NCBI GenBank assembly: GCA_964620905.1
Contig: CAZUKA010000002.1
Coordinates: forward strand, 25,496 to 89,495
Origin: an uncultured Gammaproteobacteria bacterium
GTDB lineage: Bacteria; Patescibacteriota; Patescibacteriia; S139-126
DNA length: 64,000 bases
Direction of reading: 5' to 3'
Shown: in pieces, positions 48,391-57,426 of the stretch
Layout of the letters: the number at the start of each line of letters is the position of its first letter
How positions within the stretch are numbered: position 1 is the stretch's first letter
Translations under genes and position numbers: made by a program
Notes under the pieces: model-generated
Seen by the model: only the letters and a program-made list of their open reading frames with translations
What the model was told of the DNA's origin: nothing
Database searches by the model: none

Positions 48391-48606
48391 ATGAAAAAGG
48401 ATGTTGGTCCCACTATCTTATTAATTGTTGGATTTTGTATATGTATTATGTCAGTTTTGAGCTGGCAGATGACTTGGTACATTAATCCATGGATTGGAAC
48501 AATTGGTTTATTATTTGGTTTAGTTCTAATTTTTTTATCTTTAATTTTTTCATTTATTATAAAAATAATAAATGGTATATTGAAAACAATAATCAATTTT
48601 TTTTAA
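48391..48606 (+). CDS. Small 2-TM cassette protein
   Basis: GGAG RBS, TTGACT-17-TATTAT promoter at 48315-48343, followed by a terminator. Confidence 0.65.
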   Translation: MKKDVGPTILLIVGFCICIMSVLSWQMTWYINPWIGTIGLLFGLVLIFLSLIFSFIIKIINGILKTIINFF

Positions 48607-48628
48607 CCTAAAAAATATAAATTTTTTA

Positions 48629-48720
48629 TAACTGCTCTCTTATAGAGCGGTTTTTTATTAACTAAGGTGTCTGGATTTTTGAGGAGAAGGTAGTATTTCA
48701 GGTGAAATTTTGATAAAATA
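48629..48720 (+). repeat. Internally deleted junction remnant
   Basis: Terminator followed by ACTAAGGTG...TTTTGAGGA...TTTTGATAAAAT. Confidence 0.55.
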
Positions 48721-48745
48721 AAAGTAATATAATTTACTAAAATAT

Positions 48746-48928
48746 ATGTATAAAATAAACAAACATATGTATAAGGAAATTGATAAGTACAATTATAAAG
48801 GTTGGTTAAACTCTGATAGCTTTATAAAAAGAGTAATCGCCGTCAATGGTTATTTTTTAACAGGGCAATTACTCCTTTTATTTATTGCTAGTATTGTCAC
48901 TTTCATTTTAGTTTCTAATTTTATTTAG
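48746..48928 (+). CDS. Small membrane cassette protein
   Basis: 60 aa with GWLNSDSFIKR and a C-terminal TM. Confidence 0.55.
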   Translation: MYKINKHMYKEIDKYNYKGWLNSDSFIKRVIAVNGYFLTGQLLLLFIASIVTFILVSNFI

Positions 48929-48963
48929 TTACTAAATTTATTTTATTTTAAGTTGTTAGTTTT

Positions 48964-49094
48964 AAAACCACTCCTCTCGGAGCGGTTTTTTCTATGTCAA
49001 AATATGTAAAATGGGGTCCCACCAGGTGCGATTTTGGAACCCCTTGATTGAGGAGTTGAAGTTGTGGATGGAGGGGTTGGAGATGGTGGTTTAG
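48964..49094 (+). repeat. Type-A cassette junction (core 49011-49020)
   Basis: Terminator + TTCTATGTCAAAATATGTAAA + ATGGGGTCCC + ACCAGGTGCGATTTTGGAACCCC... Confidence 0.92.
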
Positions 49095-49157
49095 ATTAGA
49101 TAGCAAATAAAAAAGGTCTACTAAAATTAGCAGACCTAAATTTTTTAAAAATTTTAA

Positions 49158-49400
49158 CTAATCTGTATCAGCTTTTATGCATCCACCAATAACTATACCG
49201 ATTCCAGCAATTGCCGCTACAATAAAAAGAGGTGATTGATGCCCCTCTAATGGCAAAAATACTTGTACAATTGATGCAAATCCACAAACACTTATTATTG
49301 CCCCAGTAAACCTAGGAAGAATTTTTGCTAATATGATAAGTACCAGACCAATTATTTGTAGACCCGCACAGATGATTGATAAAGTTTCCAAGTTAAACAT
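49158..49400 (-). CDS. Small 3-TM cassette protein
   Basis: 80-aa hydrophobic ORF with TTGACA/TATACT promoter on the minus strand. Confidence 0.65.
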   Translation of the reverse strand: MFNLETLSIICAGLQIIGLVLIILAKILPRFTGAIISVCGFASIVQVFLPLEGHQSPLFIVAAIAGIGIVIGGCIKADTD

Positions 49401-49478
49401 TTTAACCCCACTATTTATTTGTATTGTTAATGTGAATTAATGGAGTATAATAGCATAAGTATATTGAATTGTCAATAT

Positions 49479-49628
49479 AAAACCGCTCCTTTCGGAGCGG
49501 TTTTTTCTATGTAAAAATATGTAAAATGGGGTGGCACCAGGTGCGATTTTGGAATCCCTTGATTGAGGAGTTGAAGTTGTGGGTAAGTGGTATTAGAGAT
49601 TGCTGTTTAGGTAGGATTTTGGTAGAAT
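49479..49628 (+). repeat. Type-A cassette junction (core 49526-49535)
   Basis: Near-identical to the other type-A copies; ends in TGGTAGAAT. Confidence 0.92.
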
Positions 49629-49634
49629 TAAAGT

Positions 49635-50003
49635 ATGAATGAATATATAATGCCATCAGAATTTTCTAATTTTTTTAAGCCAACTAAACGTAAAGTACTA
49701 GTATCTTTACTAATACCGTTTATAATATTAGGACTGCCTTTATTATTTTTAGTAATCAGAGCCTTTTTGTGTTTTAACTGGAATGGTTATAATTGTTCAG
49801 GTGCCACAGATGCAATATTTGAGATTCTTTCATATCCTTTCTTATTATTATTTATTGTACCATTAGAAAAACTAGAATTATTTTTTTCACCAAAAACATT
49901 TAGTGGCGAAGTTATATTATTTATAAGTTTAATTATTTTTTATTTATTTTTGAGTTATCTTTTTGTTTCATTTTATTATCATAAAAGGAATAAAAATATT
50001 TAA
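49635..50003 (+). CDS. Membrane cassette protein
   Basis: FFKPT..K leader and three TM helices. Confidence 0.68.
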   Translation: MNEYIMPSEFSNFFKPTKRKVLVSLLIPFIILGLPLLFLVIRAFLCFNWNGYNCSGATDAIFEILSYPFLLLFIVPLEKLELFFSPKTFSGEVILFISLIIFYLFLSYLFVSFYYHKRNKNI

Positions 50004-50020
50004 ATTTTTATATAATAAAT

Positions 50021-50169
50021 AAAAATTGCCCCCTCTCGGAGCGGTTTTTTCTTATCTAAATCTACTGTCAAATTATGTAAAATGGGGTGCCTTCGTAGAC
50101 GCTATTAGAACTAAGATTATTTATAGTTTTGAGGAAGAGATGGCTCAATAGGTAAGTTTTTGGTAGAAT
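50021..50169 (+). repeat. Type-B cassette junction (core 50082-50091)
   Basis: Terminator + CTTATCTAAATCTACTGTCAAATTATGTAAA + ATGGGGTGCC; ends in TGGTAGAAT. Confidence 0.88.
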
Positions 50170-50175
50170 TAGTAT

Positions 50176-50802
50176 ATGATTAGATTTTTCAGTAAAATAT
50201 TTTTACCATTTAAAGTGGCTGGCGGATATGCAATAGTATTAACATTATTTGTTGTTGGAGTTTCAGCATTTGTTTATTCTGGTGGATTTCTAGATTTGCC
50301 CTTAATTTTTATTTTTTTACCACCATTTCCGGCAATAATTACACTTCCAATTACAATTGTAATATGTTGGTTTATTGCATCATTATTAATTAAATTACAA
50401 AGAAAAATATTACCAAATAAAGAACGTTTATTTACCTATTCAATTATCATAATTCTAGTTTTAATTATATTTATATTTTCTGTTCCTGTTTATGCAACAC
50501 GTATAATTAAAATAATTCCAACCTCTCAGATTTGTTGGATTGCGGATAACTGGGATAATTGGGCGCCTAGTAATAAATACGAAGGTACTAAATGTTATAC
50601 TGCGTTAGCAATTAAAAAAAACGATTTAGATCTATGTGGTGATCTTAATTATGAATTCTTGAGAGAGGGATGTTATGTACAGATGGCAATTTTTAATAAT
50701 GATATCACTATTTGTGAAAAGTATATTCATAAAGTTCCTAATTATATATATCCCGATACTAATATTAATGATTGTAAAAAAAGAGTTCAACGAGGAAAAT
50801 AA
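50176..50802 (+). CDS. Membrane cassette protein with Cys-repeat extracellular domain
   Basis: Three TM helices then CY..LA....D...C repeats. Confidence 0.72.
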   Translation: MIRFFSKIFLPFKVAGGYAIVLTLFVVGVSAFVYSGGFLDLPLIFIFLPPFPAIITLPITIVICWFIASLLIKLQRKILPNKERLFTYSIIIILVLIIFIFSVPVYATRIIKIIPTSQICWIADNWDNWAPSNKYEGTKCYTALAIKKNDLDLCGDLNYEFLREGCYVQMAIFNNDITICEKYIHKVPNYIYPDTNINDCKKRVQRGK

Positions 50803-50820
50803 TTTTAATTTAATAATTAC

Positions 50821-50889
50821 AAACCGCCCCCTCTCGGAGCGGTTTTTTCTTATCTAAATCTACTGTCAAATTTTGTAAAATGGGGTCGC
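50821..50889 (+). repeat. Type-B cassette junction (core 50880-50889)
   Basis: Left arm near-identical to the 50021 copy; core ATGGGGTCGC. Confidence 0.85.
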
Positions 50890-51048
50890 TTGGGAACTTA
50901 AGTTATAACTTTAAAATGATTAGTGATATATCACACCCCTAATGAATTTAAAATGGTTAAAATAAATTTTTGTATAAATACTATGCCAGGCAAGAATATA
51001 AATTACCGATCTAAGATTGTTTGATGCCCCTATATTTTTTATTTGCAA

Positions 51049-54000
51049 TTATTTTTTAAACCAAGGGGAATGGGTATAACCTTCTTTACCCGACCAGAGG
51101 TAGAGAGTGGGAATATCGGAATAAAGTTCTTGATGAATATCGCTTGAATAAGTCCAAAAAATAATATTTTTAAATTCTTTTTTAAGAGCTTCGGATTCAA
51201 TTTTTCTCATCACATAATATCTCTTGGCTTCATTTTTATAATCCTTAAATCCTCTATGTTTGGCTGATTTTTCTAGCTCGGCACTGTTTTTTAAATCTCG
51301 CCACTCTCTTTCTGTTAATAATTTAAGATTATTTTTTATTATAATGTCAGATAATTTTTGTCTTTTCCATAGTTCACTTAAATATTTACTGGTATATCCA
51401 GCTTTTTTAATAAGTTTTTTTATTTCTTTTAGATATTGTTCATAAGTATTTTTATTATACTTATTCAACCTTGCATGTTCGTTAGCTAAAATAAAAATAA
51501 AATTAAGACCCGGCTTATAAATGTTTTTAATTTGATTATTTAACTGTTGAAATTTTTTTAATGCCGCTAAGTCTTTTTCGTCTATTTTTAATTTATCAGA
51601 TGCTCCCCAGAAACCAACTAAATCAATCGGTTTATTTTTTAAAACAAACTGATTGATTGCAAAGGCGATCTCGTCCTCCTTATAGGGGACATCTCTTGAA
51701 ATATTTCTTTGATTGAATAATTTTAAAATTTCATCAGCTATAGATGGTTTAATAAATTGTGGCAAACTCGCCCTCATTAACCAAGGATAGATTTTATACC
51801 ACGCTTGTCTAGCATTTTCTATACCCGCACTATTGATTTTTAATTTTTTATCCCAAAATTTTATTAATTCATTAAACATAACATCATGATTTAGCATAGT
51901 TGGAAATTCATTTGTAAAATATTTCAAAGCCTTAATTTTGTTTTTCTTTATAAAATTTATTGTTTCTTTTAAAGCCGAAACAAAAGATATGATTGCGGGT
52001 TGAAATTTTGGATCAAGATTATCGCAGATTGTAATACCTGTAAATAAATAATCTCTAAAATAATCTTCAAAAGAATAAACAATATGTCCCCCGCGACCAA
52101 CTAAGTCTAATGCATAATCTACAGTCATAATACCAATATCCACCTTTCTTTCTTTTAATGCCTTAACTAAGGCATTAGATTTAATAGGAATAAATTTTTT
52201 ATTGGGTAATATTTTTTTAGCAAGTGTATTGGTTGTTGAAAATTCTTGATAGGTACCAATTTTGTAATTATAAAAATCATCTAATTTTTTAATTTTTATA
52301 TTTGGGTCTAATGTAACTGCGACCACGGGAACACGACCGATTAATTGTCCAACAATTTTTCCTTTGGTTTTAAAATTTGAAGCAAAAGAAAAAACTGGAT
52401 CAGCGATACCTATTTGAGCAGAGCCTGACATTAAGGAATTATAAGTTAAATCATCGCCCCCCGAAGAAATAAAATCTATATCTAGTTTGTGTTTTTTATA
52501 ATAACCTAATTTGGCTGCTAAGTAGGCCGGAAAATAAAGGGGCATTCTTGAAAATTCAGCCACCAACATTCTGTATTCTCCCGGCTTATCATCGATAGTA
52601 CTTAATGTTTCTTTAGTGATTATTCGATGATAATTTTTATGTAGTTTATTAAATTTAAGATTTTTGTACTTGTTGAAATAAACTAATTCTTCTTCGGTTA
52701 AAAAACCATATCTCTGTTTAGTTGGATAATCTAGTTTACCTTTATTTTCTGATAATACTGCCTTGGCCACATCGCCATCTTGTGTTCTAAAATTAAAACC
52801 AACATTCATACCTGCACCATTGGAAAATGGAACTTTGTAACGCCAGGCAATATAATCGGGCAAGAATTCTTCGGCTACCTTTCTTAAAATATATTTAGTA
52901 GTAACTTGATGATTTTCTCTTTTAATTTTTAGACTACCATCAATTTGTAGGGCAAATTCTGCGACTTTGGTATCAAAAAATGGAGCTCGAGTTTCCAATG
53001 TATGTTTCATAGACATTCTATCCACGCGCATATTATGGCTTCGTTCCAAATCATTAGTGATTAGATAGCAACCCTTATTTACATGTTCATCACTTAATCT
53101 TGAAAACTCATTATAGCCCCCAAATAGTTCATCTGCTGCTTCACCAACTAATGCTATACGATAACCAGCTCGAACCACTTCTTTTGAAAGGATGTCTAGC
53201 GCAAAAGATTGTCTTATAACTTGAGCCTCATACATTTCTAGATGATAGATTAAGTTTTCAAATTCTTTTGCATAATCAACATTCGGATAAACAATATGAT
53301 ATTTATAATTATTGTCTTTGCATAACTTTAAAGAAGCTTCATAATCAGAAGAGCCTGGGAAGCCAAGTATAAAGGCAGTTACGTTTTTATGAAATCTTGT
53401 AGCTATCTCCATTATAAGACTACTGTCAACACCACCGCTTAATAAAACTGCGATTGGCAAATCAGTATCAACTCTTTTTTTTACTGCTTCGACCATTAAT
53501 TCAGTTAATTTTGTTTTTGCAAAATCTAAATCTTTAATTTTGTTGTTGTAATTTATTTTGTGATAAGCTTTTATTCTCCCATTATACATATAACATCCTT
53601 TGGGGAAAATTTTTACTTCTTTTATAAAATCGAATTGTACTAGCTGTTTTATTTCCGAACCAAAATAAAAGTTTTTATTTTTATCTCTAGCATAAAATAA
53701 AGGTTTTACACCAAAACGATCTCTAGCTACAAAAAAATTATTTTTCTTAGTATCATAAATTACAAAGGCATACATTTCCGAATCAATTTTTTCGATCATT
53801 TTTTCTCCGTACTCCTCATACAAATGTGCTAATACTTCCGTGTCACAATCCGTTTTGAATTTATGCTTCTTTTTTTCTAATTGAGATCGTAATTCTTTAT
53901 AATTAAATATTTCACCGTTTTGGGCAGCAAAAATAGTACCATCTTCATTAGATAGCGGTTGATGACCAGTATCACGACCAACAATTGGTAAGCGATTGGC

Positions 54001-54132
54001 TCCTAAGGCACCTTTCTCAAAAACTCTTAATTCATAAAAATTAGTACCTCGATGTTTAATCTTACTTAAAGAATCTCTCATGAATAATTCTTTTTTTTGG
54101 TAATTGCCGAAAACAGCTGTAATTCCACACAT
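51049..54132 (-). CDS. Asparagine synthase (AsnB)-like amidotransferase fused to an NMT1/THI5-like domain and an uncharacterised C-terminal domain
   Basis: MCGI Ntn start, NGEIFN, RDRFGVKPL, LLSGGVDSS and GEAADELFGGY; then P.Y.A...GY.....LD NMT1-like segment. Confidence 0.85.
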   Translation of the reverse strand: MCGITAVFGNYQKKELFMRDSLSKIKHRGTNFYELRVFEKGALGANRLPIVGRDTGHQPLSNEDGTIFAAQNGEIFNYKELRSQLEKKKHKFKTDCDTEVLAHLYEEYGEKMIEKIDSEMYAFVIYDTKKNNFFVARDRFGVKPLFYARDKNKNFYFGSEIKQLVQFDFIKEVKIFPKGCYMYNGRIKAYHKINYNNKIKDLDFAKTKLTELMVEAVKKRVDTDLPIAVLLSGGVDSSLIMEIATRFHKNVTAFILGFPGSSDYEASLKLCKDNNYKYHIVYPNVDYAKEFENLIYHLEMYEAQVIRQSFALDILSKEVVRAGYRIALVGEAADELFGGYNEFSRLSDEHVNKGCYLITNDLERSHNMRVDRMSMKHTLETRAPFFDTKVAEFALQIDGSLKIKRENHQVTTKYILRKVAEEFLPDYIAWRYKVPFSNGAGMNVGFNFRTQDGDVAKAVLSENKGKLDYPTKQRYGFLTEEELVYFNKYKNLKFNKLHKNYHRIITKETLSTIDDKPGEYRMLVAEFSRMPLYFPAYLAAKLGYYKKHKLDIDFISSGGDDLTYNSLMSGSAQIGIADPVFSFASNFKTKGKIVGQLIGRVPVVAVTLDPNIKIKKLDDFYNYKIGTYQEFSTTNTLAKKILPNKKFIPIKSNALVKALKERKVDIGIMTVDYALDLVGRGGHIVYSFEDYFRDYLFTGITICDNLDPKFQPAIISFVSALKETINFIKKNKIKALKYFTNEFPTMLNHDVMFNELIKFWDKKLKINSAGIENARQAWYKIYPWLMRASLPQFIKPSIADEILKLFNQRNISRDVPYKEDEIAFAINQFVLKNKPIDLVGFWGASDKLKIDEKDLAALKKFQQLNNQIKNIYKPGLNFIFILANEHARLNKYNKNTYEQYLKEIKKLIKKAGYTSKYLSELWKRQKLSDIIIKNNLKLLTEREWRDLKNSAELEKSAKHRGFKDYKNEAKRYYVMRKIESEALKKEFKNIIFWTYSSDIHQELYSDIPTLYLWSGKEGYTHSPWFKK

Positions 54133-54222
54133 AAATTATGATTTTAATAAATAATTTATTTTGTAAAAAATAAAATTTTAAAAGAGTTATATAAATATTT
54201 TTTAATAGTCTAATTATATCAC

Positions 54223-54384
54223 AAAACCGCCCCATCTCGGAGCGGTTTTTTTAATGTTATAAATCGGCCTGAATGGCTGTGCCATCTGAAGCTTTAGCGT
54301 AGGATGGGGTGGCACCAGGTGCTATTTTTGAACCCCTTGATTGAGGAGTTAAAGTTGTGGGTGGAGTCAATGGTAACGTGTTAA
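54223..54384 (+). repeat. Type-A cassette junction with a different spacer (core 54304-54313)
   Basis: Terminator...ATGGGGTGGCACCAGGTGCTATTTTTGAACCCCTTGATTGAGGAG. Confidence 0.9.
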
Positions 54385-54518
54385 TATTGACTTTTTCGTA
54401 AAAATATGCTACAATTCAATATTCTAAATCGTACATACACAATAAAAAATAAGCCATCGAGAGGATGGCGATGTTCAAAAAACATTGACACGAGAAGTGT
54501 CAGAAAGGATTCAACATC

Positions 54519-54920
54519 GTGAAGGCAAAACAAATTATAACAGCTTTACAGTTCGCAGCCAGCGAACTTGTCATCGAACTCTGTTCAGATTTACGCCTCG
54601 TATTCCGAGAGAATGCACCATTACCAAGGCAGGGTTTAAATTTGAAAATATTATACAGAGCAAACGCTAGTGTACTAAAAGATGGATTTCCTGAATTAGG
54701 ACTTACTCACTACTCTAACGCATATCTGTTCCAAGTCGAAATAGAAGTTGTAGGATGGGAAAAGAAAAATAAACTACGTTGTTGGTTTGCTAAAAGCCAA
54801 ACGCAAGAGCATCCAGGCTGGTGGCCTCTTAAAGGGGAATTGAATTATAATCGTACAAAAATTGAATTTCATTGCCGTGCCAAAGAAAATAATGCAATAG
54901 AAATTTTTGAACATCGATAG
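54519..54920 (+). CDS. Hypothetical cassette protein
   Basis: AAAGGA RBS, GTG start, promoter TTGACT-17-TACAAT at 54387-54415. Confidence 0.6.
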   Translation: MKAKQIITALQFAASELVIELCSDLRLVFRENAPLPRQGLNLKILYRANASVLKDGFPELGLTHYSNAYLFQVEIEVVGWEKKNKLRCWFAKSQTQEHPGWWPLKGELNYNRTKIEFHCRAKENNAIEIFEHR

Positions 54921-54952
54921 CCCAAAGAACAAACGTTAATTTCGTTTCCTAT

Positions 54953-55195
54953 AAAACCGCTCCTCATCTGAGCGGTTTTTAAATTTATATTTTTTAATTC
55001 AATTGGGGTCAATTCAAAATCACCAAACCTGGCAAACCAAGTTTTTTAGCTTATATAAAACAAAAGCACCTCCTCGGTAGAGGAGATGTTCTTATGGGGT
55101 GGCACCAGGTGCGATTTTGGAACTCTTTGATTGAGGAATTGAAAAAGTGGGTGGAGGGGTTAGAGATGGTTGTTTAGGTAGGATTTTGGTAGAAT
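54953..55195 (+). repeat. Type-A cassette junction with a long spacer (core 55094-55103)
   Basis: Terminator...ATGGGGTGGCACCAGGTGCGATTTTGGAAC...TGGTAGAAT. Confidence 0.9.
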
Positions 55196-55218
55196 TAAAT
55201 TGAATTTATCATTTGACT

Positions 55219-55917
55219 ATGTCTAAAAGGTATTATCCAAATATTAAGTTTAGTGTTAGTTTAGCGAGAGAAAAAAAGATTTTTTTAGAGAGAAAAAGAA
55301 ATTTGCAAAAGTTTTTGCCCGCAGAAATAAGTTTTGTTACAAATAGAAAATACGCAAGTTATAGAAATGAATTATTATCCTCTTATTTGGATGTTTATTA
55401 TTCAGATAAGAAAAAGTTTTTAATAGAAAGTGTTAGAAATACAAAAAGTAAATGGCAGAAAGTAGAGAAAAAATTTTTTATAAAAGTTGATAAGATTTTT
55501 AATAATTGGCCTTGGCCTAAAGGTAATTATAGGGGGTATGTTTCTATTGCCCATTCTTTTCCTCGCAACATAAAGGATAAGACTTTTTCTTTTCCAGTAA
55601 AAGATTATATACCAGGACGAGAGAACAATGATATACGTGTGATAGCACACGAGATGCTTCATTTTATAGAATATGATTATTTACAGAAAAAATTTGGATT
55701 GAAAGCAAGTGAACACGATTCATTTGATAATACCTTTTGGCAATTTACCGAAAATTTAAATGTATTAATTCAAAATACTAGTTTTTGGAAAGAATTTAGT
55801 ACAGGTGTTAAATCAAAGCCATATGACGATTGTAAAAAAATGTATAATAAGATGAAAAGCATATGGGATAGAGATAAGAGTATTGATAGACTAGTTGATA
55901 AAATTTTTTATAGTTAA
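55219..55917 (+). CDS. Putative zincin-like metallopeptidase (cassette)
   Basis: IAHEMLH (HExxH) with a downstream E (FTE). Confidence 0.6.
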   Translation: MSKRYYPNIKFSVSLAREKKIFLERKRNLQKFLPAEISFVTNRKYASYRNELLSSYLDVYYSDKKKFLIESVRNTKSKWQKVEKKFFIKVDKIFNNWPWPKGNYRGYVSIAHSFPRNIKDKTFSFPVKDYIPGRENNDIRVIAHEMLHFIEYDYLQKKFGLKASEHDSFDNTFWQFTENLNVLIQNTSFWKEFSTGVKSKPYDDCKKMYNKMKSIWDRDKSIDRLVDKIFYS

Positions 55918-56079
55918 TCAATTACAAAAGTCGCCCCATCTTGGAGCGGTTTTTCTAACTTGACTATTCTATATAAGGGTTATAGGATAGTATGTTAGTT
56001 CATTAAAAAAATGTAAATAAAACCATCAAAAAATAAATAATTATTATAAACAAATTCAAAGAAAGATTAGGGTATTTAT

Positions 56080-56367
56080 ATGTCAGAACTTCATAATATT
56101 CAAGTCAAAATGGTTAAAGAAAACAAACCAGATTTAACTTTAGATGATTTGGAAATTTTTCACGCAGATTGTGGAGGAGGTAAAATTTCAAATAAAAATC
56201 TTCTAGGTGGTAAAAATTTAAAATGCACGAGATGTCTTGAAGAAGTGTATTTTTCATACAGTGAAATAGGAACAATATATAAAACCGCCCTTACGGGTGA
56301 AAAGCTGGAACTTGTGTGTTACAGAATAAATGGTAATAGATCCCATTTTATAGAAGTTCTTAATTAA
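56080..56367 (+). CDS. Small Zn-ribbon-like hypothetical protein
   Basis: HADCGG...CTRC pattern. Confidence 0.55.
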   Translation: MSELHNIQVKMVKENKPDLTLDDLEIFHADCGGGKISNKNLLGGKNLKCTRCLEEVYFSYSEIGTIYKTALTGEKLELVCYRINGNRSHFIEVLN

Positions 56368-56381
56368 TAAATTGTTTAATT

Positions 56382-56531
56382 AAACCGCCCCATCTCGGAG
56401 CGGTTTTTTCTTTGTCAAAATATGTAAAAATGGGGTGGCACCAGGTGCGATTTTGGAACCCCTTGATTGAGGAGCTAAAGTTGTGGGTGGAGGGGTTAGA
56501 GGTGGTTGTTTAGGTGAGCATTTGGTAGAAT
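56382..56531 (+). repeat. Type-A cassette junction (core 56430-56439)
   Basis: Full terminator/core/tail/TGGTAGAAT unit. Confidence 0.92.
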
Positions 56532-56556
56532 ATAGGTAATATTAAACATAAATTCT

Positions 56557-57396
56557 ATGAGTAAGTCATTAAAAATTATTGTCCCTGTAATATTGGTATT
56601 AGTAGTAGGTGGTGCTGTGGCAGGATATTTGTATTGGCAAAATATAAACCCTGATGTTATAGAGGAACCACTGCCCCAACAACAAGTTAAAAGTGATGAT
56701 AAACAAGTACAAAATAATGAGACTGACAGTACAACCAATACAAATATAGACCGAATTAATTATTTAAAAGAAAATGTTCCTACTGAGATTTTAAATTATA
56801 ATTCTGATAAAGATAATAATGATTCAGATTTAGATGGTTTACCAGACAATCTCGAAGATATCTTAGGGACCAACCATAATAAATCAGATTCTGATGATGA
56901 TGGTTTTAATGATATAGATGAATTAAAAGCCGGCTATAATCCGCTTGGTAATGGAACGATTTTTGATTCAACAGATGATAAAATTAAGAGTAATGGATTG
57001 TGGTATTTTATTAGATATCAGCAATCAAATGATGCACAGCGTTTTAGTAATATTAGTACAATACGTACAGCTCTAGATTTATATTATAAAGATTATGGTG
57101 TTTACCCATCTGCAGAAGGTGAAATTATTCTTGGAAAAGATGTAAAAAGTTTAACAAAGTCAGGTTGGGGTAATGAGGTAGGTAGCGGAATGAATTATAT
57201 GAACTTAGTGTATGATAATACTTCTCCTGGTGGTATTCCTTTTACATATTGCACCACTGATAATAATGATATAGAGAAGTGTTCTAAATCCATTTCTTCT
57301 TATATAATAAAATTTAAACTTGAGATTGGAGTTCAAACAGATTTTGGAGTTTTAGGTCCAGGATTGCACATCGCTACACCAAATGGTTTTCAATAA
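56557..57396 (+). CDS. Membrane-anchored protein with DxDxDG repeats and a pilin/GspG-like C-terminal domain
   Basis: MSKSLK leader + TM, DSDLDGLPD/DSDDDGFND, DAQRFSNISTIRTALDLYYKDYGVYP. Confidence 0.72.
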   Translation: MSKSLKIIVPVILVLVVGGAVAGYLYWQNINPDVIEEPLPQQQVKSDDKQVQNNETDSTTNTNIDRINYLKENVPTEILNYNSDKDNNDSDLDGLPDNLEDILGTNHNKSDSDDDGFNDIDELKAGYNPLGNGTIFDSTDDKIKSNGLWYFIRYQQSNDAQRFSNISTIRTALDLYYKDYGVYPSAEGEIILGKDVKSLTKSGWGNEVGSGMNYMNLVYDNTSPGGIPFTYCTTDNNDIEKCSKSISSYIIKFKLEIGVQTDFGVLGPGLHIATPNGFQ

Positions 57397-57426
57397 ATAT
57401 ATTTTAATAGTGTTTATTCTATTTAC

